A stretch of 16,004 nt of DNA. Source: a virus. Its lineage: Duplodnaviria; Heunggongvirae; Uroviricota; Caudoviricetes. Each line of letters begins with the position of its first letter. The first letter of the stretch is position 1. Positions 14,591 to 16,004 of the stretch are shown in pieces. The DNA lies in IMG/VR virus record IMGVR_UViG_2579778633_000006; one strand, written 5' to 3'. Below the pieces are notes generated by a model, which worked only from the letters and a program-made list of their open reading frames with translations, was not told the origin of the DNA and did no database searches. The translations under genes and the position numbers were made by a program.

Positions 14591-15628
14591 ATGCACGATA
14601 ATCCTGAAACACAGAAAACTAATCAAACCAGCGTGATGCCTGAAAAAACTGGCGCTTACTGGAGTTCTCGGTTTAGCATTGCTCCTATGCTCGACTGGAC
14701 GGACAGACATTGCCGCTATTTCTTGCGTCTGCTTTCCCGCAATACGTTGCTGTATACCGAAATGGTGACCACAGGGGCGATTATTCACGGTAAAGGTGAT
14801 TACCTGGCGTACAGTGAAGAAGAACATCCGGTAGCGTTGCAACTCGGCGGTAGCGATCCGGCGGCGCTGGCACAGTGTGCGAAGCTGGCAGAAGCGCGTG
14901 GATATGATGAGATCAACCTGAATGTCGGCTGCCCGTCTGACCGGGTGCAGAACGGCATGTTTGGTGCGTGTCTGATGGGTAATGCGCAGCTGGTTGCCGA
15001 CTGCGTGAAAGCGATGCGCGATGTGGTGTCGATTCCAGTGACGGTGAAAACGCGTATTGGCATCGATGACCAGGACAGCTATGAATTTCTCTGCGATTTC
15101 ATCAACACCGTTTCCGGCAAAGGCGAGTGTGAGATGTTTATCATCCACGCACGTAAAGCCTGGCTTTCGGGGTTAAGCCCGAAAGAAAACCGTGAAATCC
15201 CGCCGCTCGATTATCCGCGTGTGTATCAACTGAAGCGTGACTTTCCGCATCTGACAATGTCGATTAACGGTGGTATCAAGTCGCTGGAAGAGGCCAAAGC
15301 ACACCTGCAACATATGGATGGCGTGATGGTCGGGCGCGAGGCGTATCAGAATCCGGGTATTCTGGCGGCGGTAGACCGGGAGATCTTTGGTTCCTCGGAT
15401 ACCGATGCCGATCCAGTGGCGGTAGTGCGCGCCATGTATCCGTACATTGAGCGTGAACTCAGCCAGGGGACGTATCTCGGCCATATTACCCGGCATATGT
15501 TGGGCTTGTTCCAGGGTATTCCTGGCGCGCGGCAGTGGCGGCGTTATTTAAGTGAAAATGCCCATAAAGCGGGTGCAGACATTAATGTGCTGGAACACGC
15601 GCTCAAACTGGTGGCGGATAAGCGTTAA
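14591..15628 (+). CDS. dusA: tRNA-dihydrouridine synthase A
   Basis: 345-aa ORF with conserved Dus-family sequence ([30 protein letters not shown], catalytic Cys region); followed by pspG as in E. coli. The 5' end may be element-derived; true start may lie downstream of 14591. Confidence 0.9.
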   Translation: MHDNPETQKTNQTSVMPEKTGAYWSSRFSIAPMLDWTDRHCRYFLRLLSRNTLLYTEMVTTGAIIHGKGDYLAYSEEEHPVALQLGGSDPAALAQCAKLAEARGYDEINLNVGCPSDRVQNGMFGACLMGNAQLVADCVKAMRDVVSIPVTVKTRIGIDDQDSYEFLCDFINTVSGKGECEMFIIHARKAWLSGLSPKENREIPPLDYPRVYQLKRDFPHLTMSINGGIKSLEEAKAHLQHMDGVMVGREAYQNPGILAAVDREIFGSSDTDADPVAVVRAMYPYIERELSQGTYLGHITRHMLGLFQGIPGARQWRRYLSENAHKAGADINVLEHALKLVADKR

Positions 15629-15660
15629 CTTTTCACCAAAAAGTAGTCAAATTCACCACG

Positions 15661-15687
15661 CCCTGCGCACCGTCGCGGGGCATTTTG
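15661..15687 (+). terminator. Possible intrinsic terminator after dusA
   Basis: CCCTGCG-caccgt-CGCGGGG stem (one G-U pair) followed by CATTTTG. Confidence 0.35.
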
Positions 15688-15693
15688 CTGTTA

Positions 15694-15726
15694 AATCAAT
15701 AGATTATTTTTGGCATGATTCTTGTA
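15694..15726 (+). promoter_or_regulatory. Candidate IHF site plus sigma54-type promoter upstream of pspG
   Basis: AATCAATAGATTA (15694-15706) fits WATCAANNNNTTR; TGGCAT-gattc-TTGTA (15711-15726) approximates the TGGCAC-N5-TTGCW -24/-12 consensus with two mismatches. Confidence 0.4.
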
Positions 15727-15761
15727 ATGCCAGCAAGAGATTTCATATTTGGGAGAGCATC

Positions 15762-16004
15762 ATGCTGGAACTACTTTTTGTGTTTGGCTTTTTTGTCATG
15801 CTGATGGTCACCGGCGTTTCGTTGCTGGGCATTATCGCCGCGCTGGTTGTGGCGACGGCCATTATGTTCCTCGGCGGTATGCTGGCATTGATGATTAAGT
15901 TGCTGCCGTGGTTACTACTGGCGATTGCGGTGGTGTGGGTTATTAAGGCGATTAAAGCACCAAAAGTGCCGAAATATCAGCGTTATGACCGCTGGCGTTA
16001 CTAA
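15762..16004 (+). CDS. pspG: Phage shock protein G (small inner-membrane protein)
   Basis: 80-aa ORF from ATG 15762 (MLELLFVFGFFVMLMVTGVSLLGIIAALVVATAIMFLGG...KYQRYDRWRY), matching E. coli PspG as I recall it; the listed ORF 15552-16004 is an upstream in-frame extension. Confidence 0.85.
   Translation: MLELLFVFGFFVMLMVTGVSLLGIIAALVVATAIMFLGGMLALMIKLLPWLLLAIAVVWVIKAIKAPKVPKYQRYDRWRY

Noticed and set aside
14585-15496. Minus-strand ORFs inside dusA (14585-15148, 14800-15063, 15173-15496)
   Set aside because: Antisense shadow ORFs within a highly conserved coding gene; His/Arg-rich, non-protein-like composition.
1-16004. CRISPR arrays, tRNA or rRNA genes, IS elements
   Set aside because: No regularly spaced direct repeats, no cloverleaf-type tRNA candidates noticed, no transposase-like ORF or terminal inverted repeats flanking a gene.

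Overview
Enterobacterial (E. coli-like) chromosomal segment. The right ~1.5 kb is the conserved dusA-pspG locus. Everything to its left (1 to ~14.59 kb) reads as the integrase-proximal part of a horizontally acquired, apparently defective lambdoid-type prophage or genomic island inserted at the 5' end of dusA; its left boundary lies outside the window. Modules from right to left: a tyrosine integrase divergent from dusA; a dinI-family gene behind two tandem LexA boxes; an AT-rich cassette in which a multi-TM (SLATT-like) protein gene overlaps a 458-aa reverse transcriptase gene, preceded by a ~220-bp palindrome-rich non-coding region (candidate RT-based defence system, class unresolved; the most interesting locus); a small membrane-protein gene broken by an in-frame TAA; a 5'-truncated tail-fibre gene fused to the end of the early operon; a translationally coupled replication/regulatory operon; a cI/cro-type immunity switch with four related 7-5-7 palindromic operators; a long structured leader; YfdQ-like and PrtN-like genes; an AT-rich orphan gene; and a Panacea-domain protein paired with a small membrane protein at the left edge. 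All product names come from motif recognition by eye in the supplied translations, not from database searches; coordinates of hairpins and repeats were counted by hand.
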